NCBI RefSeq assembly: GCF_025526975.1
Contig: NW_026515670.1
Coordinates: forward strand, 1,674,001 to 1,738,000
Direction of reading: 5' to 3'
DNA from: Fimicolochytrium jonesii
Taxonomy: Eukaryota
DNA length: 64,000 bases
Made by a program: the position numbers and the translations under genes. The notes beneath the pieces are model-generated. The model was not told where the DNA came from. It saw only the letters and a list, made by a program, of their open reading frames with translations, and searched no databases. Below, piece after piece: positions 37,850 through 48,784 of this stretch (positions within the stretch are counted from its first letter, which is position 1; each line of letters starts with the position of its first letter).

Positions 37850-38338
37850 ATGTCAAATCTACTATGGGTCCCACGACTCATGCTTAGAGTGCTAGGCCCT
37901 AAGCGGCGGTCCACAGGCACAGACTCCTTCTTCTCCCGCTCACATCCCGAAACAACCCAGCAACCAGCCCCCTCTTCCACTACCATCCACCACCACCACA
38001 ACTACAGCACGCTAAACCCCCTCGCTGGTAACCCCAACCCCGCTGCAGATGGGCTGGGCCGCTATGGTGCCGACAGCCTGCCCTCACAAACAAACGGGGA
38101 GGAATATGAGCGACTTCGGCGGAATTTTCGGGCGTGGTTGTGCGTGTTTGTGATTGTGATGTGCCTATGTGTGGTGAATATCGTGGTGTTGGATGTGATG
38201 TGGGCCAAGAAGGGCGGGTTTGGAAGGTCAACGAATTCGACGGAGGTGGCATTGCAGATGATGGGGAGTAAAAGTAGTCCTAGTAGCGCGAAGAATGCAA
38301 CAAGTTCGTCTCCGAAGTTTGGCGGGGCTATTGGGTAG
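37850..38338 (+). CDS. Small single-TM hypothetical protein
   Basis: ATG 37850; TM WLCVFVIVMCLCVVNIVVLDVMW; composition like neighbouring host genes. Confidence 0.5.
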   Translation: MSNLLWVPRLMLRVLGPKRRSTGTDSFFSRSHPETTQQPAPSSTTIHHHHNYSTLNPLAGNPNPAADGLGRYGADSLPSQTNGEEYERLRRNFRAWLCVFVIVMCLCVVNIVVLDVMWAKKGGFGRSTNSTEVALQMMGSKSSPSSAKNATSSSPKFGGAIG

Positions 38339-39326
38339 ATATCGGAAGTAGTAGCCGGCCGAAGGGAAATACGTTCAAGGGATGTAAATGTCATCCACAG
38401 TGTCTAATCTGGGTAGTAACAATTAAGTAGTTACAAAATCATAGTTGATACCGTCGCTAAGCTGCCTGACTGACGTTGGTGTGCTGCTTCCCGTGACATT
38501 CCGTGCTGCCGGCTTGTGGGGGTTGGCGAAGCACATGGTATGGTATGGTATGGTATCTGGCGGCCTGATTTCGCTGAGGTGAGATGTCGCACCCATTCTC
38601 GCTTATTCCACAATACTACACCGGTTACTAGCGACCGGCTAGCCAACTCTCACGACGATACACGGATTCCCGACGGCAGGACCTGGATTCACAGCAGGGG
38701 CCTTAGGAAAATTCGTGTAGTCCTTCCTTCCTCGCGTGGCACTTTGAACGCAAGGGAGAAAAGTCTCTGCGACCTGTTCTTGGCATGGCAGGAGATGGGA
38801 CTTGATTCACCTTGCATCATCAGCACATGCTCGGCCGGGAGCTGCATCCCCCTTCCGTCGCACGCTGGGGTCCTTTCGATTGTTCCAAATTCCGCTCACA
38901 TAAGCCGAGAAGAACACGCGTTCCCGTCAATCCTTCCCTCCGCCCACATCCCCGTTTTTCTCACAGATCTCCAAAGAGCGTTCAGTCTGGCTGGGTGTCT
39001 TGATACGTAGATGATAAGGCTCAGGTCAGCCAAACCATGTCGCAATGTATCGCCAGCCGCATGCGTCCCAGAGTCGAGGGCAAAGATCGATTGAAGATGT
39101 GGTTTACGTCTCCGCTCAGTCTTGCCGACTTGCATGCTGCCTTTTCTTTTCTCTTGAAACTGTACGGTCCTTACCTTCCTTCGTACAAAAGTGTTTGAGG
39201 ACTACGGAGCGTATCACTGTACATCGTAAACCTTTGTTCCCAGGATGGGCGCCTCAAGGTGGGTAAGGCACGAAGCTTGCATGCAATGGGCGACAGATTT
39301 CGCTGATTACCGACCCACCACCTAGA

Positions 39327-40559
39327 ATGCCAGGCACCTCCTCCACCCGCCTCACATTCCTCGCCCTAATTGGCGTCCTCATCATCACCGCCAATGTCTA
39401 CTCAAGCTGGCGCAACGCACACTGCCTAGGCACAACCTGCCAATCCTTCTGGCCCTCTTCTCAGCAGCAGCACACCGATTCCACAGCCCCATTCTCACCC
39501 TCATCGTCCGAGCACTCGTCATCATCCACGCCCGAGTTTGGGCCGTATGAACGTACGGGAAAATGGGGCCCGTATAAACGCACGAAGATGGAGCGGATCA
39601 ATCCCGCTGATTACCCCGATACATGTTCCTTCCCACCGGCCTCATCTCACGATGGCGACCACCAACAAAACCCCTCAACCACCCCACCACCCCTCATCCC
39701 CAAATTCGTGCACTTTGTCCGCCTCCACGACACCGACGCCTCATTCGGGCTCCTCGAATACCTCGTCATCCGCGCCGCACACGTAAACATCCGCCCCATC
39801 CGCATCTTCTACCACCACCGCGCGCTACCCTCCACCGACAACGAGTGGTGGGAGCGTGCGAGGGGGATGATCACGGATCTGGTGTATACGGATGATTTCG
39901 GGGCTGTGTTTGGGAATGTGGTCGAGAAGGGGGCGCATAAGGCTGACGTGGTGCGGTTGAGGGCATTGATGAAGTGGGGGGGGATCTATTTGGATATGGG
40001 TACGTTTGTTTTTGGCATGCCAGGTTGTTGTCACATAATGGGAAGGCGGACACACATCGACTGACACTTGTACGTCCACTCCCTCTTCTCCGCGTTAGAC
40101 GTAATCGTCACAAAACCCCTCGACCCCCTCCTCCACCACCCCCTCGTCATGGGCCTCGAAGGCCACACCGCCCCTTATATCGGCCTCTGCAACGCCGTCA
40201 TTCTCGCCTCGCCCTCCTCCGCCTTCCTGCACCGTTGGTACGCCGCGTACACCACCTTCAACGACGCGGCCTGGTCCGACCACTCCGTGGTGTTGCCGTA
40301 CAATATGTCGTTGACTGCACCAGAGGGTGAGATCTGCGTGTTACCCCCGACGAGTTTTTTTTGGCCCGGGTATTGGCCCAATCATCAGGCGTTTGTGCAC
40401 TTGGAGGACGAGTGGAATTTCTACAATGATTACCAATATGCTAGTCATGTTTATAATACGGGGAAGAAGTATCTTTGGAATCTGTCGGTGAAGGGGATTA
40501 GGACGAGGAATAGTTCTTTTACGAGGTTGGTTAGACCGTACCTGCCGGATGATGTTTGA
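39327..40559 (+). CDS. Glycosyltransferase family 32 (DxD), type II membrane protein, 2 exons
   Basis: N-terminal TM; IPKFVHF, AHKADVVRLRALMKWGGIYLDMDVIV, LCNAVILA. Confidence 0.9.
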
Positions 40560-40566
40560 TGGTGCA

Positions 40567-41110
40567 AGGGTTAGGGGCGTAGTGCAGGAGAGGATGGGGG
40601 CCCTTATATGATTTATGTTATGGGAATGGATCCGGGCACCCCCAACCATAATTGTTCTAGCCACCCTCTTTGGCGTCGTTTTGACAGCAATGCTGTCATT
40701 TTCACGTTCACCTCTCACTTTGAAGATTATCCTTTTGCCTTTCCCCCAGGGTTAAATGGCTAATACACACATGAAAGGACCATCGGAAGAAGGAGAATCC
40801 AACAAAACTAAGCACAGAGCAGAGTACTATATATATACAGAGTCCACCAATCATCAAAGCGCAGGTTGAACCATTGTGTTTGACATCCTGTCATTACTGT
40901 TTGCATGAGGAGCACTTCCGCAGGCCACTGGCCTTGGCAAGAGCTCTTTCCTCATGCTCGAAGGCCAACAGTGCACGCTGGGTTGACGCAGGGACGTCCC
41001 TGTTAAAAGCACTAAAGGGGGTGCCCCGAAGAGTTTTGGGGGGTGCCCCGAGCGATTTCCTATGTTATTCTTTTTCTATTCCCCGACTACATTTACTATG
41101 CGAGTGCCAG
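40567..41110 (-). mobile_element. Non-autonomous relic carrying a MULE-like transposase C-terminus; AGGGTTAGGG at left edge
   Basis: 40861-41000 minus reads PASTQRALLAFEHEE...GLRKCSSCKQ**QDVKHNGSTC (ST.R...FE plus CxxC..HN..TC knuckle); repeated GGGGTGCCCC motifs; boundaries approximate. Confidence 0.5.
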
Positions 41111-41361
41111 AACAATGCCTAAAATGAAAGGTGTTGTGGTTCTTGGGAGCAAGTCGGGAGTGAGTCGAGAAGTGTCCGCGTTGAGAAAAGTCCCAAGACA
41201 CACAAACACCGGCCCTTTCTCATGAATATGCGCTACCAAATATGCTGTGAATCGAGTATGTCAAGACGCCGTGTCATCTCGCGAGACGAGTCGGTCCGAT
41301 AAAGTATCCAAAAAATGAAAAGTGGGGCGGTCCAAAAATAAAAAAATCGCGAAGGCTGAAC

Positions 41362-42583
41362 TCAGCGCAGCTTACGAGCCTAGCCAGAATGCATCAGTTC
41401 ACACTGTCCCCCGGAATCAATCCCCCCAGGAGATAACAACTCACAAGAGAAGACATAGCCTTGCTTGTGAACCCTCCATTCTTTGGTCTCTTTGCAGGAG
41501 GCAGCTGAGCCACATTCCCGCTCGCATTCGACGAAGATGACGGGGCGGGTCGTTTCAGTGATGACGATGGGAGGCCGGATGTCGCTGCACGGCCTGGATG
41601 CGGGCCTCGCGAGGTCGCTGATGGGGCGGCGGAGGCGATTACGTCGAAGTGGCGGGATCTGGGGATGTCAGGGGTGTCGGAGTGTGAGCAGAGGGTTGGA
41701 TGGGGAGATGACAAGACAGGGACGGAGCGCCTACTTACACTTTCTTAGCATCCTTGCGCGCTTTGCTGAGAATACTGCTTTCCGCCCGTTTATTCTTCGG
41801 CAGGAAAGGGTTCCCAGTCCCACGGCCCGGCAAGATGAACGGATCAACAATCTTGATCTTCTTTGCGTCCTTCAAAGCAGCAGCCTCGTCACGCGCTCGT
41901 CGCAGTTTGGCTCGCATGCGGCGGACTTTGTCGTCGTTCTCTGCTCGTTTATCCTGGAAATCCACATATCTGAGAATCGCACACCCAACTCCATCACCAC
42001 CATCGCACCCTCTAGCAGGTCTCAAGCCCTCACCATATACAAATCCCGCCAATTCTCAGGCTCCCCCAAAACTCCGGCTTTATAATCCTCCCTCAAATCC
42101 GCAAAATCCGACAAAACATGTCCTTTCCAAAGCTCTGCGAAAGCGCGAATCAAGGGTGTCAATACTGACTTTTAGGCGAGTAGGCTGGCCGGTAGATGAG
42201 ACGCACCACATGAATCTGGTAGGATGTTCTAGGAGGGAAGGGTCGTATGAGACGTCACAAACGAAACGATAATAGGACGCCATACACAGGAAGATGACAT
42301 ACCAAACTATTCTCCTCAAACATCTCCAACTGGCTCGCATTGCATTTCTCCAACACCTCCTTGACCAGATGGTACGGTACGCGACCTAGCGACTTCAGGG
42401 CTACACCCGATATACGTATCAGCACCATGCAGTGCCTTCATACATACATTCAAAGGAGTTATAAGGGTAGATGGGCGTACCATGAGAGCTCCGGGAGATA
42501 CGGTGCAGACATAGCGTGGAAAGTTTGTCTGGCGAGCGGAGCGTTTCTTCGGCGTAGTCGTCGAGGTCGAAGGGGGAGGGCAT
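41362..42583 (-). CDS. ELA1: Elongin A-like protein; multi-exon
   Basis: Spliced KLSTLCLHRI (BC box), LGRVPYHLVKEVLEKCNASQLEMFEENS, ELWKGHVLSDF, ENWRDLY, SILSKARKD. Confidence 0.82.
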
Positions 42584-42969
42584 CGTGAGGGATGGCAGTG
42601 AGAGTGGTGTGGATATGTGAGTGGGATGAAGGACGAGGGTGGTTGGCAGCAGCCGATATGAAGCAAGCGGAGGCTCCGTGGGACGTATATGGGGGTATGA
42701 TTTCGTATAGACAGCTGCTGAAGGGTTGTAACTTGTCGGGGCTGGAGACTGGATGAACCTGAATTTGAAGCCGGGAGGTGTGGTGTGGGCCAGGGTGTGG
42801 GCTGGCGTCTCCGCACTCGCCTTTCCTCTCTTTCCTCCACAAACCAACCACCGAAGAACGACACACAGCCAACTGACAATCCAACCGACAACGTACCTCA
42901 TATTCATGACTGGAAAGAGATAAGAGTAGTATAGTACTATCTACTCACAGCGACAAAGCAGTCAGGATC

Positions 42970-44309
42970 ATGGCTACCACCGTGCAACCAGCCGACCCTT
43001 CGGCAGCAGTCCAAGTCGACGACGACGACGACCAGCACCTCCAAACAGAAGACACTCCTCTCCTAAGAGGGGAGACACAACAACAGGCCGCCAACGGAAC
43101 ATACCCAGACCACTCCGACCTCCTCATAAAGGCCACCAAGAACAGCTGGAAACAATGGCTGTGCCTGGGCCTTCTCGTCCTAACCTTTGCGACCTCCGTC
43201 GCATTTCTATGTGTGTATTTTATCTACATCCCGCATAAGCTCCGTGACGCATTGGCGGGCAACGATGCTGATGTTCGCGGGGTGCATATCGTCTCCCTCA
43301 ACCCGGATGGCGTTGTTCTCTCGATGAACGCCGTAGCGCACAACGACGAAATCCCGCCTGTCGACGTGACCATGCAACCGACGCTGTTCTCGTTGCTGAA
43401 GGTGGACAACACGCAGGAGTCCCACGAGAGCCACATAGTTGGCTCAATGCAGTTCCCCGGGTTGGAAGTGGCAAAGGGCAGTCCGGAGGTGCCTATCGAG
43501 TTTGTGAGCTCGGTGGATCATTTGAATGTTCCCGTTTTGCGCGAGTTGATACGGGCGGCGTTGAATAAGAGCGCCGATGTTGCGCCGGTGCAGATGTTTG
43601 TTATGCAGGCTAGCCCGATGATGACTTTGCATGGGTTGGGATCGTGGATTGTTCCCATGCAGAATGCGATTGTGTTCGACAAAAGTATGGTTTCGAGTGT
43701 GCTCGCTCGCTGTTCCATCCACTGCTTGCTAATATTCCTCTTATCTACTCTCCTACAGACAACGTGTCCACCCCCGACACATCCAAGCTAAACGCCTCCG
43801 TAACATACAACGTCACCATGGAATCCCTCTCCGTCTACAAAATCAACATCCACGCCTCCTTCGACAATCCCACCGTCGTCTCCTACGCCCCACAACCCTT
43901 CTCCCTCCAGTTCTCCATGTTCTACGACGGCACCCGCGTCATGGATTTCGTCCTGCCCCCCACAACCCACCTCACACTCGGCCGGAACACCAACCTGACC
44001 GTCCTTGGAACGAGCTTGCCGGCGGGAATCGGCAAGCTGATGGAGTTTGTGGGCAAGTACGCCGCGGGGGATACCACCACCGTCTTGTTCAAGAGGTTTC
44101 GACCAAAGTATGTGAAGAAGATGCACAGGCTGCGGTGGTTGGAGGAGGTACTGAAGGAGGTCGATTTTGAGGTCGAGGTGCCTGGCGCGACGGAGGCAGA
44201 TGACCTGCGGTGGGTCAGGAGTATTGCGAGTGTAGCGAGACCTTTGCACGCCGCTTCGGCGAGTGCGAAACGGTTGGGGAGGCGGTGGTTGGACCACTTC
44301 ATCAATTGA
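42970..44309 (+). CDS. Single-TM membrane protein with DUF3712/LEA-2-like luminal domains (Tag1-like), 2 exons
   Basis: EDTPLL dileucine motif, TM at aa ~64-87, beta-rich domains with FDNPT motif. Confidence 0.65.
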
Positions 44310-45131
44310 TTGTGGACGGGTCATCCTGCTGTGAACCCCTGTCTCTGCTTGCGTAGCTCGCCTTGCGGTTTTTTTTTTGATGAAGCACAACCATTTTGGC
44401 AAGCTGTGACCCTCATCGTTGTATTTTCACACACACCCTTGTGAGCTGTAATTCTGTACGCAAAACAATGTTATAATGTAAATCTCTCGACCGATATCCA
44501 GTATACAGCTTGCAAATCCTCTCTTGGGAAGACGGGAGATCAGAGCATACTCGGGATGAAAGTGTGTGCTCCTGCGTCTAAACACAACGTCGACCGCGCG
44601 ATATATGACCAACGGAAGCGTCTCTCCACTCTTCAGCGATTGGAGGACGCCAGACAGCATTGTCTTCATCGCAGTGAGCAGAGAGAACATATAAAAAATA
44701 TGAAAGCCGACGTGGGAAAGATGCACGGTGCAACCGACGGGCTATGCTCCATCTCTGCACCCGCCGTCCATATTCCCCTTCCAAACAAGTAGGCCCCCAC
44801 CTACAAATAGGAGCTTTCGAGGCAAGTCCCTGTTGCCCGCAGGAGCTGTAAACCTCCCATTTCCGCACCAACCCTTTCATTCGTTTCATCGGGCCTGCGC
44901 GTCTCCTCCCCACCCCCCCCGTATCCTTCTCATCTGCGAGACGTCCAGCCTCCCGTTCAGAATCAACTCTCATGGTGTTTAAAATACTGTCTTCGTTTCT
45001 TATGAACGAGGGTTTACAAAACATGACGGCGGTGAACGGAAAGGCATATGCGGTAGAATGAGTGAAGCGAAAGGGGATATGCGTGGAGAGGAAAGAGATC
45101 GTGGGGGTCCCAAAATTTTGCGGGCGGATGT

Positions 45132-46729
45132 TTATTGTTGGACATAGTTTCCTGCAAAACGGAAATTAAAAAATCGAGAAATCCCCGTCAATACCCATAC
45201 TCCATACTCCAATTACAATAACAGTTACGAAACTTACCAGGAAAATCCCCCTCCCGCCCCCCTAGCCTCCCCACCCACCAATCCCCCTCCCCGCCGCTCT
45301 TCACGATCTCAATCCGATCCCCCTTCCTGAAACTCAGATCCGTCGGTCGCTCGCCCAGGAAATCAAACAGCGCCGTTGCTGTTTTCGCACCGGCGGTACC
45401 CGCGGGTTTGGGGGGTGGCGGTGGCGGGCGTTTGGAGATGCTGCCGGAGGGGGAGAGGCCCGGTGTCGAGATGGATCCCGCAGCCGCTGCTGGGGATAGG
45501 GCGGTGGTAGGCGGACCCGGCGGCCGTTTCAAACTCCCCACGCTCGCGCCCACTTTATTCCCCACCCCACCCTTCTTCAACACGGGTGCACTGGCCGCTC
45601 GTTTCGCGTTCATGCGGTCCGTGTACGGCTGATTGACCACCACGCCTGAGCCCATGTTCCCGAATTTGTAGTCCAAGACCCGGTACAGCCCCTCGGCCTC
45701 GACGGGGCGGGCGACTTCGCCCGAGAGGATCTCTTTGGGGCTGACTTTGCGGCCGTAGCACGCGCGGTTGGCGTCGGAGCGGGTGACGATGACCGAGCCT
45801 TCGAGGGAGACGCCGGCGAAGAGGCCTTTGGATTTGGAGTAGGAGAAGATTGGAGCGAGGTTTACCACCGCTAAGAGATGTGGGTGGATGTGGTGGGGTT
45901 AGTTATGATGATTATCGTCGAAAGCATGAAACACGCGACCCTTACATCCAGCAGCCTCAGCCGACCTCCCTTTCGGACCCGCCGCAACACTCATATTCCC
46001 TCCAAACGTCAAATTCCCGCCGTGACTGAACGCCTTAACCGCCGCCTCATTATTCAAGATGAAGACGCAATCCGTCAACTGTGCCCCGATTTGCGCGCCG
46101 AAACCGGCCCCGCCCGCTGCGATCGCGGAGGGTGCTGACCAGCGGCCGTCGGGTAATTTGGCGACGACGATCCCGGACCCGGCCCGCCCTGACCAGAGGA
46201 AACCGGCTTTTAGGATTGTTATTACTGCTATTCTGTTGGGGGATCAAGAAAAACCACTCTTGTTAGTGTCGGCGGCTAAAGATTATCGCCACGGTGTCTT
46301 TGAAAAAAAACAACCAAAAAGAACACTGCCTGCGAGTCTCGAAAGGGACGGAATACTTCCACCTCAGACATTCCGAAAAAAAAAAAGGAACACCCACGCT
46401 CGCTATCGCTCGCGAAGAAGAAGATCGAATACGGATTCTGGGCCTCGCTATCGCTCGCATGGCACGCGATCCCTCCCTCCCTCCCTCTTCCTCCACCTCC
46501 CCATCTTCCATCCCCACCCTCGCCCCTCCTCATCAACCTACCCCTTAGCATTAGCAATAACCTTGGACGGAATCATCGCGGCATCCATCTGGTTCGTCCC
46601 CTTTATGAAATGCTCGAGTATGGATGTGGCTTTAACGATATCGGCGGTGAGGTTATCTGGCATGGGCGAGTGGATGGTCGCGCGACCGACTTTGGAGACG
46701 GCCGGGACGTGGTTGTTTATTGTGTTCAT
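45132..46729 (-). CDS. YSC84: SYLF + SH3 domain actin regulator (Ysc84/Lsb3/SH3YL1); multi-exon
   Basis: IPSKVIANAKG, KAGFLWSGRAGSG, FSYSKSKGLFAGVSLEGS, SH3 ALFDFLGERPTDLSFRKGD..WW.G...FPGNYV. Confidence 0.95.
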
Positions 46730-47326
46730 TTTTGCGCGGGCGGGCGGGCTGAGGATGGAAGGCGGATGAAGGGTTTTCGCGGGATGAGCGAGCGAGGGTG
46801 TGAATTATGGTTTGTGCACAGTGTAGGCAGAGTGGATTGTGAGTTGGGGAGTTGATGGGGTGGGCTTTATGTGAGCGCGTGGGAAAGTTGGAAGGGAAGC
46901 GAACGAGGGAGCGAGGGAGGGAGGCTTGGCACGCGCAACTGTCCAAGCAAGTTAGACTCCCTGGCTTGGGGGGCCGATTGGATTGGATTGGATGAGATGA
47001 GAAATGGGAATCGCGCGTGGCTCGCTCGGCAGCGCGTGGGTGGCGTACGTAATGACCCTCTCCCTCCCATTACACTCCTCCGCCAACCCCCACTCGCAAC
47101 CCTCCAAACACTCAGCTTCCCCTCCGCATCCGCCGAGTTATCACCGCCGCTCGTATTCCTACTCGCAACCTCCGACATCGGGGCGCTCTATTTGATGCAT
47201 GTACGACAAGCAGTCCCAAAATCGTTGATTGTGTTCGGCTCAATACGCGCTCTCTATGATACACAGGAGCAATATTCCAATGGATCACTATTGCACCTAC
47301 GAATGAATTACTCTAGATCTAATAGG

Positions 47327-47850
47327 CTAATGACCTCTATTGCTATCGCTTTCATCGTCTGCTGCGGAGTAATACAGTTCCTCCAATGATGGCTGTCGAG
47401 TCAATGATGGCTGCGGGTGGTATGGTTGTTGTCGGTAGTACGCCTCGTACACTTCGGTTGGATACTGTCCGTGCGGTATGCCCGCCATGTGCGGTGGGAT
47501 TGGGCACGGCATGCTCATGTTCGGATCGTGGGACGGGTCAACCTCATAGTACATTGGCTGCTGGTAGTGGTGCGGTTGTGGGTGGGCGTGAGGGTGAGGA
47601 TGTGGGATGGAAGCGACGGCAGCGACCGATGCCATCATCTCCGTCAGATGTGCGTAGGTGTACGGGTCGTAGTAATAACCCTCTGGTATCATCCTGCCAG
47701 TGGGTGTCGGTGCAACATTGATGACTTGCGAGGTGGGCTGGTGGTAGTACTCGTGGTCAGCAGGGCCGGTTTGCAGCCCGTCGACACCGGGTCCATCGTG
47801 CTTGACGTGACCAAAGGACGGTGTGGTGGTGGCCGGCAGAAGCGAGGGTC
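47327..47850 (-). CDS. Terminal exon of a host gene (Pro/His/Tyr-rich); upstream exons displaced by the nested insertions
   Basis: Open frame from an apparent acceptor (..TTCGACAG) to TAG at 47327. Confidence 0.5.
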
Positions 47851-47991
47851 TGTCGAATCGAGGGGTACGGTCGGGTGTCGGGAAAAATAAGCTGCCGGTC
47901 TCTCAATAGCACAAGAAGAGATCTCAAGCGAGAGCGTCGTCTTGCCACCTTAATATCCAGGTGCTTGAAAGGAGTCCTTCTTCTAATACAT

Positions 47992-48784
47992 TGTTGGGAA
48001 TTCCGGGTACGGGTACGAAATACGAAATCGGAAATATCTGCGGGTTTGACTACAAAACAAAACAACGGGGTTATCCAATCTCACTCTCAGTTCTTCTTAC
48101 GAGATTCCTGAACTATCAAGTCCTCGGCGACGTCAGCAAAGTACAAGTCGCGACACTCGGGGTCGTCTTGTCTATGCTCTCCGGGTCTATGAGCGCACCT
48201 TGAAGTCTATCTGAAAGTGAAAGAAGTCGTCGGGAGTAGAGAAGTAGAAAGCTCTGTTGTTGATCGGGGTTTTGCGTATCGTACAAAGGTCTGGGGAAAA
48301 CAGGCGGCTTTTTATACGGATTTTTCTAGGCTATGGGATTTTGTCGAAGTCCAAATTCTCTACTAGTCGTCTCTAGAGGATTTAGCTACGTCGGGGTCTT
48401 TTTCTCTTTTCCTGCGGCGGTCTACGTAGTTTTTCCTTTTTCCATTCGCAATTTTGGCACTGATACAGTCGTATCGCTAATCTTTTCTTGGGGTTTTCTG
48501 CAACGTTCGGCATATACGGCCACCGGAAATTGGTTTTCTCGTTTCGCAGTTGATTTCTTCGGCGTTTCGGGCGTCGTGGGACCTTCTGGTTGGTTCAGAG
48601 TCGGGTCGGGGGCGCTTTCATGTGTGAGATCCTCTCCTACGCCTACATTTTTCGCATGTGAGTCGTATCCGAGGACAAAACGTCATTGTGAAGCAAGGTT
48701 TCGGTAAAGGTAGTTGTATTTGGTAATCGTCGTAGTGTCAGGAATGTTATCGATTTCATGCGCAGTTTGAAGCGCACTACTACA
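47992..48784 (-). repeat. 3' LTR of the Ty3/gypsy element (left boundary uncertain)
   Basis: Minus strand PPT AAAAGGAAAGA directly before TGTAGTAG (48784); TATAAAAAG at ~48310; candidate end CCCAACA at 47992. Confidence 0.6.

Noticed and set aside
47851..47890. TGTCGA at 47851 as the gypsy LTR end
   Set aside because: On the minus strand it reads as a pyrimidine-rich splice acceptor for the host exon; 47992 is preferred, though uncertain
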